From the NCBI GenBank assembly GCA_964552205.1, contig CAZKFT010000001.1, positions 50,705-114,704 on the forward strand: 64,000 nt of DNA, in the 5' to 3' direction. Below, piece after piece: positions 32,212-42,500 of this stretch. This stretch comes from an uncultured Gammaproteobacteria bacterium (lineage in GTDB: Bacteria > Pseudomonadota > Gammaproteobacteria > Natronospirales > JAIVGZ01). The notes beneath the pieces were generated by a model. It was not told the origin of the DNA. It did not search any database and was given only the letters and a program-made list of their open reading frames with translations. A program made the translations under genes and the position numbers. Numbering within the stretch: the first letter of the stretch is position 1; every line of letters starts with the position of its first letter.

Positions 32212-32853
32212 TCAGGGTGCTGGCAAACGCAGGCCCGGGCGCCCTGGATCACCCCGGACGGCGATATCCCTGTAGAGCGCATCAAGCACCTGTACTTCGC
32301 CCAGCAGGGTGGCGATATCGCGGCTGTTGTCGAGTACATCATCTGCCAATTCCAAGCGCCCCTGGCGTGAGGGTTGTGCCGCGAGGATACCGTCCACGAC
32401 TTGCTCGGAGCGATAATCCCGCGCCCTGAGCCGCTCCCTTTGCAGTAGCGGCGGCAGGTCAACGACCAACACCCGGTCCACGGTCTTGCCTATGTCCTCG
32501 CGACGCAGCAGGGGTATCTCCACAATGCAGTAGTCACCTCCGGCGGCGGCTATGTCTTCGCGAAGTCGGTCACGTACCGCTGGGTGAAGCAGGGTTTCAA
32601 GGTCAAGTCGGGCGGTGGTGTCGTTGAAGACGACATCAGCCAGGGCTGCCCGGTTCAGGCTGCCGTCACTCGCGAACACGTCGTCACCGAAGCGTGTGCG
32701 AATGTCCTGAAGCAATGGAGAACCGGGGGCAGTTAACTCATGGGCAATCGCATCCGCCGAGTGGACCGGCACGCCAAGCGATCTGAACACATCCGCGACG
32801 GTGCTCTTCCCGGACGCGATACCACCGGTCAGGCCGATGCGCAGTGGGGTCAT
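32212..32853 (-). CDS. coaE: dephospho-CoA kinase
   Basis: It has the P-loop GLTGGIASGKST at the N-terminus. It lies downstream of pilD, the common pilBCD-coaE synteny. Confidence 0.9.
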   Translation of the reverse strand: MTPLRIGLTGGIASGKSTVADVFRSLGVPVHSADAIAHELTAPGSPLLQDIRTRFGDDVFASDGSLNRAALADVVFNDTTARLDLETLLHPAVRDRLREDIAAAGGDYCIVEIPLLRREDIGKTVDRVLVVDLPPLLQRERLRARDYRSEQVVDGILAAQPSRQGRLELADDVLDNSRDIATLLGEVQVLDALYRDIAVRGDPGRPGLRLPAP

Positions 32854-33725
32854 CCAATCCCGGCGATGCGCAGGTAGGTGCGGTTGATTTCCTCACCCCA
32901 GATCAAGGCTATCCAGCCGGCCGCTGCGAGATAGGGACCGAATGGCATTGGCACCTCGCGGCCCAAGCGTTGCAGAAGAATCAAGCCGATGCCTACGATG
33001 GCGCCGACAGCTGCAGACAGGAGAATGATGGAAGGAAGCGCCTGCCAACCCAGCCACGCACCTAGCATGGCCAGCAGTTTGAAATCGCCGTAGCCCATGC
33101 CTTCCTTGCCAGTGACAAGCTTGAACAGCCAATAGACACTCCACAGCGACAGGTAGCCAGCAGCTGCGCCGAGGATGGCTTCCTGCGGTGTCGTGCCACC
33201 GGCCAGCAGGCTGAAGACCAAGCCGAGCCAGAGCATTGGCAGGGTGATTGCATCTGGCAATAGTTGGTGGTCGAAATCGATCATCGTCAACGCGATGAGC
33301 GACCAGGTCAGCGCGAGCGCACCGAGGCACTCCCAAGTAAAGCCAAAATGGTTGGCCACAACGACGCCCATGAGGGCGGCGGTGAGTTCCACTACCGGGT
33401 AGCGGGCACTGATTCGGGTGCCGCAGGCACTGCACTTGGCTCGCAGGAGGAACCAGCTGATAACCGGGATATTCTCCCACGGCCGGATTGGGTTCTCGCA
33501 TCCCGGGCATCGGGACCCGGGTGTTACAAGGTTATAGCGTGGGGCCGGTGCGGGCTCCTGTTCCGGCTGCAGCAGCAGCGTGCATTGTTCGCGCCACTCC
33601 CTGTCGAGCATCTTGGGCAGGCGGTGGATGACGACGTTGAGGAAACTGCCAATGATCAGTCCGGTGGTGAAAACGACGGCCATGAAAAGCCCCGCATGCA
33701 CCTGCATCAGTTCGACGAATGTCAT
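32850..33725 (-). CDS. pilD: prepilin peptidase / N-methyltransferase
   Basis: The polytopic membrane protein has cytoplasmic CxxC...CxxC (CPGCENPI, CSACGTRI) and the A24 aspartyl motifs (GYGDFKL, FGPYL). Confidence 0.9.
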   Translation of the reverse strand: MTFVELMQVHAGLFMAVVFTTGLIIGSFLNVVIHRLPKMLDREWREQCTLLLQPEQEPAPAPRYNLVTPGSRCPGCENPIRPWENIPVISWFLLRAKCSACGTRISARYPVVELTAALMGVVVANHFGFTWECLGALALTWSLIALTMIDFDHQLLPDAITLPMLWLGLVFSLLAGGTTPQEAILGAAAGYLSLWSVYWLFKLVTGKEGMGYGDFKLLAMLGAWLGWQALPSIILLSAAVGAIVGIGLILLQRLGREVPMPFGPYLAAAGWIALIWGEEINRTYLRIAGIG

Positions 33726-33743
33726 CGTGACGAGCCGCCCAGA

Positions 33744-34973
33744 CTAGACGGCGGCACCCATCGCGAAAATGGGCAGATACATTGCGACGACGAGGCCACC
33801 AACGAGGACACCCAGGATGGCCATGATGAGCGGCTCCAGCAGACTGGACAGCGAGTCCACGGCGTTATCCACCTCCGCTTCATAGAAATCAGCCACCTTG
33901 GCGGACATCGAGTCCAGCGAACCTGATTCCTCACCGATGGCAATCATCTGCACCACCATGTTCGGGAAAAGTTCCGTCTGTGCCATGACCACCTGTAGCT
34001 GCGTGCCGGTTGATACCTGATCCTTCATCCGGCGGGTTGCCGTTTCATAGATGATGTTGCCGGTCGCGCCAGCCACCGAATCCAGTGCCTCAACCAAGGG
34101 CACACCAGCTGCGAACATGGTGGACAAGGTACGGGCGAAGCGGGCGATTGCGGCCTTGGTCAGGATGTCGCCGATGACCGGGAGTTTCAGGGATATACGG
34201 TCTATGGCTTCCCTCAGTTTTCGTGAGCGCTTTTTCCACTCAATGAATCCGTATCCGGCAGCGCCCATGCCAATCCCGAAAATGAATCCATAGCTTTGAG
34301 CCAACTTCGAGAGGTTCACGACGAACTGCGTGAATGCCGGCAGCTCCGCACCGAAGCCGGCGAACAGTTCCTCGAACATCGGGATGACGAAAATCAACAG
34401 CACGGCCGTGACGATGAACGCCACCACCAGCACCGCGGTCGGATAGAAAAGTGCCTTCTTGATTTTGGCCTTGATGGCCTCGGTCTTTTCCTTGTAGGTG
34501 GCGAGTTTATCCAGCATCGTTTCCAACGCGCCTGCCTGCTCTCCGGCTTCAACGAGGTTCACGAACAGGTCGTCAAAATAGAGTGGGTGACGCGCAAGTG
34601 CCTCAGCCAGATTGTTGCCACCCTCGATGTCCTGCTTGATGGTCAGGATGAGGTCGGACATGCGTGGATTTTCGTGGCCGCGCCCGATGATCTCGAAGGA
34701 TTGCACCAATGGCACGCCAGCGGTCATCATCGTCGCCATCTGGCGCGAGAAAATGGCGATATCCAGAGCCGAAATCTTCTTGCCGGACGCACCACCGCTA
34801 CGCTGCTTCTTGATCTTGACCGGGGTGATGCCCTGTTTGCGTAGCAGCGCCTTGACCTCGGCCTCGCTCGCAGCAACGGTCTTACCCTTCTGCCGAGCGC
34901 CACGACGGTCCGTACCCTCCCATTTGAAGGTATCGTCTTTCTGAACTTTCTTTTTGGCAGCAGCGTCAGCCAT
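33744..34973 (-). CDS. pilC: type IV pilus inner-membrane platform protein PilC (GspF family)
   Basis: The 409-aa product has two GspF repeats and 3 TM segments. It lies between pilB and pilD. Confidence 0.9.
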   Translation of the reverse strand: MADAAAKKKVQKDDTFKWEGTDRRGARQKGKTVAASEAEVKALLRKQGITPVKIKKQRSGGASGKKISALDIAIFSRQMATMMTAGVPLVQSFEIIGRGHENPRMSDLILTIKQDIEGGNNLAEALARHPLYFDDLFVNLVEAGEQAGALETMLDKLATYKEKTEAIKAKIKKALFYPTAVLVVAFIVTAVLLIFVIPMFEELFAGFGAELPAFTQFVVNLSKLAQSYGFIFGIGMGAAGYGFIEWKKRSRKLREAIDRISLKLPVIGDILTKAAIARFARTLSTMFAAGVPLVEALDSVAGATGNIIYETATRRMKDQVSTGTQLQVVMAQTELFPNMVVQMIAIGEESGSLDSMSAKVADFYEAEVDNAVDSLSSLLEPLIMAILGVLVGGLVVAMYLPIFAMGAAV

Positions 34974-34984
34974 GCTTCACCCTA

Positions 34985-36709
34985 TTAATGACTGGAAATG
35001 ACTCGATGGAGTTCGTCTACGCCCATCAATCCCTGTTTGACCTTCAAGACACCCGAGCGCCCGAGGTCATTGATACCTTCCTTCTCGGCTTGTGCAGCGA
35101 TATCCATGGAGTTGCCACCTTCCATGATGATACGTCCCGTTGCCTCAGATAGCGGCATGACCTGATAGATACCGACACGCCCCTTGTACCCACTGCCACC
35201 GCAAATGTCACAGCCACCCGGTTTGTAAATCGTAAACTGGTCGGCGAAGTCCTCCTCACGAAAGCCTGCCTTGAGCATCTGCGCCTTGGGAAGCTCATGC
35301 TCGACCTTGCACTTGCACAGGCGACGTCCCAGTCGCTGAGCGATGATGAGGTTCACGGAGGAGGCGATGGCAAATGGTGCGACACCCATGTCCACCATCC
35401 GAGTCAGTGTTTTTGGTGCATCGTTGGTGTGTAGCGTGGACAACACCATATGGCCGGTCTGCGCGGCCTTGATGGCGATCTCGGCAGTTTCAAGGTCACG
35501 AATTTCGCCGACCATGATGATGTCCGGGTCCTGGCGGAGGAAGGCCTTCAGCGCCGCGGCGAAGGTCAGGCCGACTTTCGGGTTAACGTTGACCTGGTTG
35601 ATGCCATACAAGTTGATTTCCGCCGGATCCTCAGCAGTCGAAATATTGCGGTCTGCGGTATTGAGAATGTTGAGGCCGGTATACAACGACACGGTCTTAC
35701 CTGAACCGGTCGGCCCCGTGACCAGAATCATCCCGTAGGGCTGGTGCAAGGCATTCATGTACAGCTCTTTCTGGTCCGGATCGTAGCCCAGCATGTCGAT
35801 GCCCAAGGTCGCGCTCGACGGGTCGAGAATACGCATCACGATCTTTTCGCCGAACAAGGTCGGGCAGGAGTTCACGCGGAAGTCGATGGCGCGCGTCTTG
35901 GACAGTTTCATCTTCATGCGCCCGTCCTGCGGGACGCGGCGCTCGGCGATATCCAGCCGTGACATCACCTTCAGTCGCGCGGCAATCTTGCCGGACAGCG
36001 CCACTGGCGGCGATGCCACTTCTTGCAACATTCCGTCGATGCGGAAGCGCACGCGGTAGGCCTTCTCGTAGGGCTCGAAGTGCAAGTCCGACGCGCCACG
36101 GTTGATAGCATCCAGCAGCATCTTATTGACGAAGCGGACCACCGGGGCGTCCTCGACATCTTCCCTGCCGACAGCAGGTTCATCGTCTTCCTCGCCACTG
36201 GTGATATCCAGATTTTCGAGGTCGTCGTCCGCACCTGCCAGGTCGGACATCCGGGTGTCCATCTTGGCGAGCGCCGTTTCGATCGCTTTGCCGAGTTTGT
36301 CCTCCTCGACAACGATGGCTTCTACGGTATGACCGGTCTGGAACTTGATTTCATCCAGGGCTTGCATATTGGTCGGGTCCGAGACCGCCAAGAACAGCCG
36401 CTTGCCACGCTGGTACAGGGGCAGTACACGGTGGAGCTTGATGAGCTTCTCATCGACCAGCTTGAGTGGCGCCTGGTCCAAGTCGACAGCGCTGAGGTCT
36501 ACCGCTGGCGCACCAAATTCAGAGGCCGCCGCGTTCGCGATTTCCCGCGCACCGACCATCTTCTTCTCGACCAAGTGGGAAACGAAGGATTTCTTCTCCG
36601 AGGCCGCGTCCTGTGACGCGGTAGCGGCGGCATCCTCGGACAACAGGCCGTCCAGTACCAGTCGACGGGCCAGTCCGCTCAGGTTTGCCTTGATGGTTGG
36701 TGTTGCCAT
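34985..36709 (-). CDS. pilB: type IV pilus assembly ATPase PilB
   Basis: It has Walker A GPTGSGKT, Asp/His boxes and a tetracysteine motif (CKC...CDICGG). The ATG at 36709 was chosen; the 137-codon upstream extension runs through the terminator and the pilA 3' end. Confidence 0.9.
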   Translation of the reverse strand: MATPTIKANLSGLARRLVLDGLLSEDAAATASQDAASEKKSFVSHLVEKKMVGAREIANAAASEFGAPAVDLSAVDLDQAPLKLVDEKLIKLHRVLPLYQRGKRLFLAVSDPTNMQALDEIKFQTGHTVEAIVVEEDKLGKAIETALAKMDTRMSDLAGADDDLENLDITSGEEDDEPAVGREDVEDAPVVRFVNKMLLDAINRGASDLHFEPYEKAYRVRFRIDGMLQEVASPPVALSGKIAARLKVMSRLDIAERRVPQDGRMKMKLSKTRAIDFRVNSCPTLFGEKIVMRILDPSSATLGIDMLGYDPDQKELYMNALHQPYGMILVTGPTGSGKTVSLYTGLNILNTADRNISTAEDPAEINLYGINQVNVNPKVGLTFAAALKAFLRQDPDIIMVGEIRDLETAEIAIKAAQTGHMVLSTLHTNDAPKTLTRMVDMGVAPFAIASSVNLIIAQRLGRRLCKCKVEHELPKAQMLKAGFREEDFADQFTIYKPGGCDICGGSGYKGRVGIYQVMPLSEATGRIIMEGGNSMDIAAQAEKEGINDLGRSGVLKVKQGLMGVDELHRVISSH

Positions 36710-36750
36710 GCCACGCACTCCCCCGGGGTCATTATCTGGCGAGTATACAA

Positions 36751-36786
36751 AAGAAACGGGCGCCCGGAGGGCGCCCGTTGTTTTGG
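36751..36786 (-). terminator. Rho-independent terminator after pilA (bidirectional hairpin)
   Basis: A 10-bp perfect GC-rich stem AACGGGCGCC/GGCGCCCGTT (36755-36764 / 36770-36779) has a 5-nt loop. On the minus strand it is followed by TTTCTTTT. Confidence 0.6.
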
Positions 36787-36818
36787 CCGTACTTCCGGCC
36801 ACTAGCGAGACTACTGGA

Positions 36819-37304
36819 TTAAGGAGCGGTGCCCGTACCCGTGCCAGTACCAGCAGCCAGTCCACCGCGGCAGACGGTCGGGAGGTACTTGTCCTCGATA
36901 GAGCCATCCGGGGTGCCACAGGTCCAGCGAGCGGTCGCATCGGCGTAGGCCTGAGCCAACTCGCCTGCAGCACGACCACCGACAGTGATCTGCAGCTGGA
37001 CGGTGCCAGCAGCGTTGTCACTCGCGGCGATACGCAGGGCGGTACAGATTGGGGCGGTGCCGCTACCCGTGCGGACCGGGACCAGATCTGCGAACTGGGC
37101 GTCATCCGGCCACGTACCATTCATCGCCCAGTGCTCCATGATCGGGGTACGTGCTGCACCCAGGAGGCCTACGCACTCAGACACCTGTGCGCGGGTGATG
37201 TAATCCTGATAGGCCGGAATCGCGACTGCGGCCAAGATGCCGATAATCGCAACCACGATCATCAGTTCGATCAGGGTAAAGCCCTTCTGAATATGCTTTG
37301 TCAT
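36819..37304 (-). CDS. pilA: type IVa major pilin
   Basis: It has the leader MTKHIQKG followed by [25 protein letters not shown] (class III signal, Glu+5). A C-terminal disulfide loop is [24 protein letters not shown] Shine-Dalgarno lies 7 nt upstream of the ATG at 37304. Confidence 0.9.
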   Translation of the reverse strand: MTKHIQKGFTLIELMIVVAIIGILAAVAIPAYQDYITRAQVSECVGLLGAARTPIMEHWAMNGTWPDDAQFADLVPVRTGSGTAPICTALRIAASDNAAGTVQLQITVGGRAAGELAQAYADATARWTCGTPDGSIEDKYLPTVCRGGLAAGTGTGTGTAP

Positions 37305-37375
37305 TTCGGTGTTCTCCAATGTCATGCAGGTGGAACCAAGTTGGCGACCAAATGCGTCGTCGCTACCAGAGTACC

Positions 37376-37391
37376 TGCAAGGTCCGTGCCA
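37376..37391 (-). promoter_or_regulatory. sigma54 (RpoN) promoter of pilA
   Basis: The minus strand reads TGGCAC-GGACC-TTGCA, a perfect match to TGGCAC-N5-TTGCW. It lies about 70 nt upstream of the pilA ATG and downstream of pilR. Confidence 0.75.
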
Positions 37392-37450
37392 ATGTGGCCT
37401 TCCCCGTGTTTTCAGTGGCTTGAGAGAGTGGCCTTGGTGTGAAATAGACG

Positions 37451-37480
37451 CAAAATGTCAAAAAGTGACAAAAATGTCAG
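37451..37480 (-). promoter_or_regulatory. candidate PilR upstream activating sites (TGTC motifs)
   Basis: The motifs TGTCA-N5-TGACA-N4-TGTCA lie 80-100 nt upstream of the -12/-24 element. P. aeruginosa PilR sites contain a TGTC core (from memory). The last motif overlaps the pilR stop. Confidence 0.4.
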
Positions 37481-38790
37481 TCCAGGCCCAGTTTCTTGAG
37501 GCGATAACGCAATTGGCGGAAGCTCATGCCCAGCGCTTTGGCAGCAGCAGTTTTGTTCCAACGGGATTGCGCAAGCGCTTGTTCGATACGTTCGCGCTGA
37601 ATTTGGTCGAGTTCATCCGGTAGCGATTCCACTGTAACGCCGTCGCCTCGGGCGGTCTCACGCAACAAGATATCGTCCTCCTGGATGGCCTCCCCGTCCG
37701 CGAGCGTCATGGCACGCTCAAGCACGTTTTCAAGCTCCCGGACATTGCCCGGAAAGGCATAGGACTCCAACCGCGCCAACGCCCCGGGCGCCAGCACCAT
37801 GTTTGGAAGCCCCAACTCCCCGGCCAGTTTCTGTATGAAGTGGGTGGCCAGGCAGGGGATGTCCGCTACGCGTTCCCGCAAAGCAGGCACATGCAATTCG
37901 ATGACATTGATGCGGTAGTACAAGTCTTCCCTAAACGTTCCAGCCGCCACCATGCTGGCGAGATCCTTATGGGTGGCGGACAGGATGCGGACATCCACAG
38001 GGATTTCATGGGGTGCGCCGACCGGGCGCAATGACTTTTCCTGTATCACACGCAGCAGTTTGACCTGCATGGGAAGCGGCAAGTCGGCCACTTCGTCGAG
38101 AAACAGGGTTCCGCCTTCTGCGGCCTGGAACAGGCCTGGTTTATCCGCCACCGCCCCCGTAAAGGAACCTTTGCGATGCCCGAAAAACTCCGACTCCATC
38201 AGCTCGCTGGGAATGGCGCCACAGTTCACCGGTACGAACGGTGCCGTCCGTCGTGGCCCGCCGTCATGAATCATGCGGGCCACCAGCTCCTTGCCTGTGC
38301 CGGACTCGCCGCTGATATGCACCGGTGCCTGACTACGGGCGACCTTGGCCACCAGCTTCCTGACCTGCTGCATCTGCGGCGATATACCCAGAAGATTTGG
38401 GGCCGTCCGTGGAGTCAGCTCGGCGTCCCGAGTCACCCTCAAGGCTGCGTCCACCAGCTTGCGCAGGTCAGCAAGGTCCACCGGCTTGGAGACAAAATCG
38501 AAGGCGCCGGCCTTTAGCGCCTGTACCGCAGATTCGACATTACCGTGGGCAGTGATGACAGCGACCGGCAAGCTGGGTAGATGGATCTGAATCCACTCAA
38601 CGATCTCCAGCCCACTTCCGTCGGGCAGGCGCATGTCGGTCAAACAGAGGTCAAAACTTCGCGACTGCAGAAGCTTGATGGCATCGGCCTTGGTGGCAGC
38701 CTGCGCCGACTGAATGTCCATGCGTCGCAGCGTCAGGTCCAGCAGCTCGCGGATATCGGGTTCGTCGTCAATGATGAGGGCGGTCGGCAC
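37477..38790 (-). CDS. pilR: sigma54-dependent response regulator PilR
   Basis: It has a receiver domain (DDEPDIRE...D...K), an AAA+ domain with GESGTGKE and ESEFFGH (GAFTGA-region), and a C-terminal Fis-type HTH. It lies adjacent to pilS and pilA. Confidence 0.9.
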   Translation of the reverse strand: MPTALIIDDEPDIRELLDLTLRRMDIQSAQAATKADAIKLLQSRSFDLCLTDMRLPDGSGLEIVEWIQIHLPSLPVAVITAHGNVESAVQALKAGAFDFVSKPVDLADLRKLVDAALRVTRDAELTPRTAPNLLGISPQMQQVRKLVAKVARSQAPVHISGESGTGKELVARMIHDGGPRRTAPFVPVNCGAIPSELMESEFFGHRKGSFTGAVADKPGLFQAAEGGTLFLDEVADLPLPMQVKLLRVIQEKSLRPVGAPHEIPVDVRILSATHKDLASMVAAGTFREDLYYRINVIELHVPALRERVADIPCLATHFIQKLAGELGLPNMVLAPGALARLESYAFPGNVRELENVLERAMTLADGEAIQEDDILLRETARGDGVTVESLPDELDQIQRERIEQALAQSRWNKTAAAKALGMSFRQLRYRLKKLGLD

Positions 38791-38794
38791 GGCG

Positions 38795-40366
38795 TCAGAT
38801 TACCCAGCGGTTGGCTTCCGCGAAGCTTATCCGAAAACAGCTTCCGCCATCATTGCGCGGATGGTAGGAGAGGCGCGCCTGATTGCATTCGCACAGCTCA
38901 CGGGCGATGAACAGGCCCAGCCCGGTGCCCTGTGCGCTGGCGCTGTAAAAAGGTTCGAAAATGTGCTGGACGATGCCGGGGTCGATGCCGGGCCCGCGAT
39001 CCAGTACTTCCAGCGAGACGGCGCCGGTGCCCGCTACCCGCGTCACCAACTCGAGGCCTCCGGCACGACCATGGCGCAGTGCGTTCTCACAAAGGTTCCA
39101 CAGAACCTGTTGCAAGTGGCTTGGGTCCATGCGAACGGTCAGGGCGTCGGGCACCTGCACCTTGAGCTCACTCGCCGGAAGGTCATGGGTGTCGCGGAAC
39201 TCGTCGCCGAAAGCCTTCAACCAGCTCCCCAAATCCAGATTTTCGGGGCGCGTCTGTTCGCGCCGCGATAGCTGCAACACATTCTCGATGATGGTGTTCA
39301 CCCGCGCCGTCTGCGTGCGAATGATTTCGGTGAGACGATGCTCCTCGGGTCCCGCCTGTGAAGATTCTTCCAGCAGCTGCCCAGCATGACTGAGGGCGCC
39401 CAGTGGGTTGCGGATTTCGTGGGCGATGCTCGCGGTCAGCCGCCCAAGTGCGGCAAGCTTCATGGACTGCATGCGTTCGCCCACGACACGCGAGTCCTCG
39501 AGGAACACCAGAGTTCCACCACTCTCCGTCCCTGCTCCCAGTCGGGTCAGGTGCGGAATGATTACCGTGCCGCTGGCGGCACCGGGTAGTGTAGGTGGCT
39601 CATCCCAAGGCCGGTTGCGCCAGTCCCTCATGCACTGCGAAAGCATCGGGGACACGGAACGCAGAGCCTTCCCTCGGATGGAATCGCCCGCACCCAGCAA
39701 GGCCGCTGCAGACGCATTGTGCATGCGGATGCGTTCATCATCGTCCACGACAATAACGCCGGTCTGAAGGTGCTGGATGACGTACTCATTGAGCTGCGCC
39801 AAGTTCGCCAGATCCACCCCTCGCTGTTCTGCCAGGGCCTCGCTCTCTCTGGCTTGGCTCGCCAACAGGTGTCCGACCACAGAGGTGGTGAACAGGATGA
39901 GGCCAAGTATGCCCGCCTGCGTGTAGCCGCCAATGGCAATCAGGCCAGCCAACTGGGCGTATACCTCTGCGCCGAGCATGGCCAGGGTCGCGATGGCCGC
40001 GAACAATACCGCAGAGCGCTGTGGCGCCATGATGCTGCCAACCGCCACGGGGACGAACAAAAGCCCGCCCAGGCCGCTGCGGGCACCGCCGCTGGCGTAC
40101 GCGAGCAAGGTGATGGCCAGGATGTCCACCAGCAGCTGGCCATACAGCTGGATGAGGGGAGCAGGGCGGCGCAACAGCAAGGTAACCGCAGAAAACAGGC
40201 CAAAAACCAGATAGAGCCCGGCTGTCCACAGGAAGAGGTCCGGACTGCTTGCCCCGAGGCTACGGCCCTGTTCCCCACCCAAAACCAGTACAAACAGGCT
40301 ACCTGCCGCGACCACGCGGTAGAGATTCAGGAGGCGGAGGGGCCGGTGCGCAGTCGGCGGGTTCAT
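38795..40366 (-). CDS. pilS: sensor histidine kinase PilS
   Basis: It has about 6 N-terminal TM helices, a PAS-like linker, the H-box [10 protein letters not shown], and N/G boxes ([21 protein letters not shown]). It lies upstream of pilR. Confidence 0.85.
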   Translation of the reverse strand: MNPPTAHRPLRLLNLYRVVAAGSLFVLVLGGEQGRSLGASSPDLFLWTAGLYLVFGLFSAVTLLLRRPAPLIQLYGQLLVDILAITLLAYASGGARSGLGGLLFVPVAVGSIMAPQRSAVLFAAIATLAMLGAEVYAQLAGLIAIGGYTQAGILGLILFTTSVVGHLLASQARESEALAEQRGVDLANLAQLNEYVIQHLQTGVIVVDDDERIRMHNASAAALLGAGDSIRGKALRSVSPMLSQCMRDWRNRPWDEPPTLPGAASGTVIIPHLTRLGAGTESGGTLVFLEDSRVVGERMQSMKLAALGRLTASIAHEIRNPLGALSHAGQLLEESSQAGPEEHRLTEIIRTQTARVNTIIENVLQLSRREQTRPENLDLGSWLKAFGDEFRDTHDLPASELKVQVPDALTVRMDPSHLQQVLWNLCENALRHGRAGGLELVTRVAGTGAVSLEVLDRGPGIDPGIVQHIFEPFYSASAQGTGLGLFIARELCECNQARLSYHPRNDGGSCFRISFAEANRWVI

Positions 40367-40453
40367 CCCGATAATGTATCAGTCTTTGATTTAACAGCCC
40401 GCCTCCCTCAAAATACACGGCTTCGCCCAGCCCCCAACCAGCCGGAAGACAGC

Positions 40454-41623
40454 ATGAACCTGCACGAATACCAGGCAAAACAACTGTTCGCCGAATACGG
40501 CATCTCCGTTCCCACAGGTCGCCCCGCCTCCAGTCCGGATGAGGCAGTGGCCGCAACCGCTGCGCTCGGTGGAGCCAAGTGGGTGGTCAAAGCTCAGGTC
40601 CATGCCGGGGGACGCGGCAAGGGCGGTGGCGTCAAAGTCTGCGACAGCGCCGACAAAGTCCGGGAAGCGACAGCTGCAATGCTCGGAACTCATCTGGTCA
40701 CCCACCAGACCGGCCCCGAAGGCTTGCCAGTGAACATGGTCTATGTGGAGTCCGCGTCGGATATCAAACGAGAGCTCTATCTGAGCCTGCTGGTGGACCG
40801 TGGCAGTGAGAAGGTCGTCATCATGGCCTCGACCGAAGGCGGGATGGATATCGAGGAGGTCGCGGAAAAAACCCCGGAGAAGATTCTGTCGGTCATGGTC
40901 GACCCCGCCGCAGGGTTGCAGCCATGGCAGAGTCGCCGCCTTGGCTTCGGTCTGGGCCTCGACAAGAAGCAGCTTGGGGAATTCGCGGCACTGCTCGCCG
41001 GCTTCTACAAGATGTTCATCGAGCGTGACTGTGCGTTGGTGGAAATCAACCCACTCATCGTCACGGCTGAGGGAACCCTGCTTCCGCTGGACGGCAAGCT
41101 GAACCTCGATGGCAACGCGCTTTATCGCCAAGGCGAACTGGCGAAGCTGCGGGATCCCAGCCAGGAAGACGAGGCTGAGCGTGAGGCGGCAAAACACGAT
41201 CTCAATTACGTGACTCTGGATGGGGACATTGCCTGCATGGTGAATGGCGCCGGTCTCGCCATGGCGACCATGGACATCATCAAACTGCATGGCGGTGCGC
41301 CGGCCAACTTCCTGGATGTGGGCGGTGGTGCAACCAAGGATCGGGTGTCGGAAGCATTCAAGCTCATCCTGTCCAATGATGATGTGCGCGCCATTCTCAT
41401 CAACATCTTCGGTGGCATCGTCCGTTGCGACATGATTGCCGAGGGCATCATTGCCGCGGTGAAGGAAGTGGGTGTCACGATTCCCATCGTCGTGCGCCTC
41501 GAGGGCACCAATGTGGAGCAGGGCCGCAAGCTTCTTGCTGAAAGCGATTTCGACATCATCGCCGCCACCGACCTCACCGACGCCGCCAAGAAGGCGGTCG
41601 CTGCCGCAGGAAAAGCATCATGA
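40454..41623 (+). CDS. sucC: succinyl-CoA synthetase beta subunit
   Basis: The [12 protein letters not shown] start is identical in style to E. coli SucC. The 5' ORF extension (39719-40453) is antisense to pilS. Confidence 0.95.
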   Translation: MNLHEYQAKQLFAEYGISVPTGRPASSPDEAVAATAALGGAKWVVKAQVHAGGRGKGGGVKVCDSADKVREATAAMLGTHLVTHQTGPEGLPVNMVYVESASDIKRELYLSLLVDRGSEKVVIMASTEGGMDIEEVAEKTPEKILSVMVDPAAGLQPWQSRRLGFGLGLDKKQLGEFAALLAGFYKMFIERDCALVEINPLIVTAEGTLLPLDGKLNLDGNALYRQGELAKLRDPSQEDEAEREAAKHDLNYVTLDGDIACMVNGAGLAMATMDIIKLHGGAPANFLDVGGGATKDRVSEAFKLILSNDDVRAILINIFGGIVRCDMIAEGIIAAVKEVGVTIPIVVRLEGTNVEQGRKLLAESDFDIIAATDLTDAAKKAVAAAGKAS

Positions 41624-42489
41624 GCATTCTCATCGACAAGCACACCAAGGTCATCTGCCAGGGTTTCACCGGCAAGCAGGGTACTTTCCATTCCGAGCAG
41701 GCCATTGCGTATGGCACGCAACTCGTCGGCGGTGTGACACCGGGCAGGGGTGGCGAGACCCATCTGGACCGTCCTGTGTTCAACACCGTGCACGATGCGG
41801 TGGCGGGCACCGGCGCTGATGCGACCATGATCTATGTGCCGGCTCCGTTTGCCGCCGACGCCATCCTCGAGGCAGCCGATGCCGGAATCAAGCTCATTGT
41901 CTGTATCACCGAGGGCATTCCTGTACTGGACATGGTCCGGGTCAAGGCGGCGCTGCGCGGGTCTGATATCCGTGTGGTCGGGCCGAACTGCCCGGGCGTG
42001 ATTACGCCGGGTGAGTGCAAGATCGGCATCATGCCGGGGCACATACACCAGCCTGGCAGAGTCGGTATCGTGTCGCGTTCCGGCACACTGACCTACGAGG
42101 CAGTGCACCAAACCACGAACAACGGACTCGGTCAGTCCACCTGCGTCGGTATCGGTGGTGATCCGGTCCGCGGTACCGGGTTCATCGATGTCCTACGCAT
42201 GTTCGAAGCGGATGCGGCCACCGATGGCATCATCATGGTCGGCGAAATCGGCGGCAGTGACGAGGAAGCCGCTGCCGAGTTCATCAAGGACCATGTCTCG
42301 AAGCCGGTGGTCGCGTATATCGCGGGCGTCACCGCACCACCCGGAAAGCGTATGGGCCATGCCGGCGCCATCATCTCCGGGGGCAAGGGCACAGCTGCGG
42401 AGAAGTTCGCAGCACTCGAGGCCGCTGGCGTCAGCACGGTACGTTCACCCGCTGAATTGGGCGAGGCCATGCTGAAGGCGCTGTCCTGA
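41620..42489 (+). CDS. sucD: succinyl-CoA synthetase alpha subunit
   Basis: It has [24 protein letters not shown] and the catalytic His region (SGTLTYE, MGHAGAI). It has an ATGA overlap with sucC. Confidence 0.95.
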   Translation: MSILIDKHTKVICQGFTGKQGTFHSEQAIAYGTQLVGGVTPGRGGETHLDRPVFNTVHDAVAGTGADATMIYVPAPFAADAILEAADAGIKLIVCITEGIPVLDMVRVKAALRGSDIRVVGPNCPGVITPGECKIGIMPGHIHQPGRVGIVSRSGTLTYEAVHQTTNNGLGQSTCVGIGGDPVRGTGFIDVLRMFEADAATDGIIMVGEIGGSDEEAAAEFIKDHVSKPVVAYIAGVTAPPGKRMGHAGAIISGGKGTAAEKFAALEAAGVSTVRSPAELGEAMLKALS

Positions 42490-42500
42490 CGACAGCCCGT

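Noticed and set aside
36710-37120. 137-codon N-terminal extension of pilB (ORF 34985-37120), and the 365-aa plus-strand ORF 36345-37442
   Set aside because: The extension crosses the pilA terminator hairpin and the pilA coding region. PilB homology begins at the ATG at 36709. The plus-strand ORF is antisense to pilB and pilA.
40386-40414. Possible sigma70 promoter for sucC (TTGATT-17 nt-CAAAAT)
   Set aside because: The -10 match is weak, and sucCD are usually co-transcribed with upstream TCA-cycle genes or driven by promoters I cannot verify here. It is not listed as a feature.
39719-40453. 245-codon extension upstream of sucC
   Set aside because: It is antisense to pilS. SucC homology starts exactly at [12 protein letters not shown] (40454), which has a GGAAGA Shine-Dalgarno.
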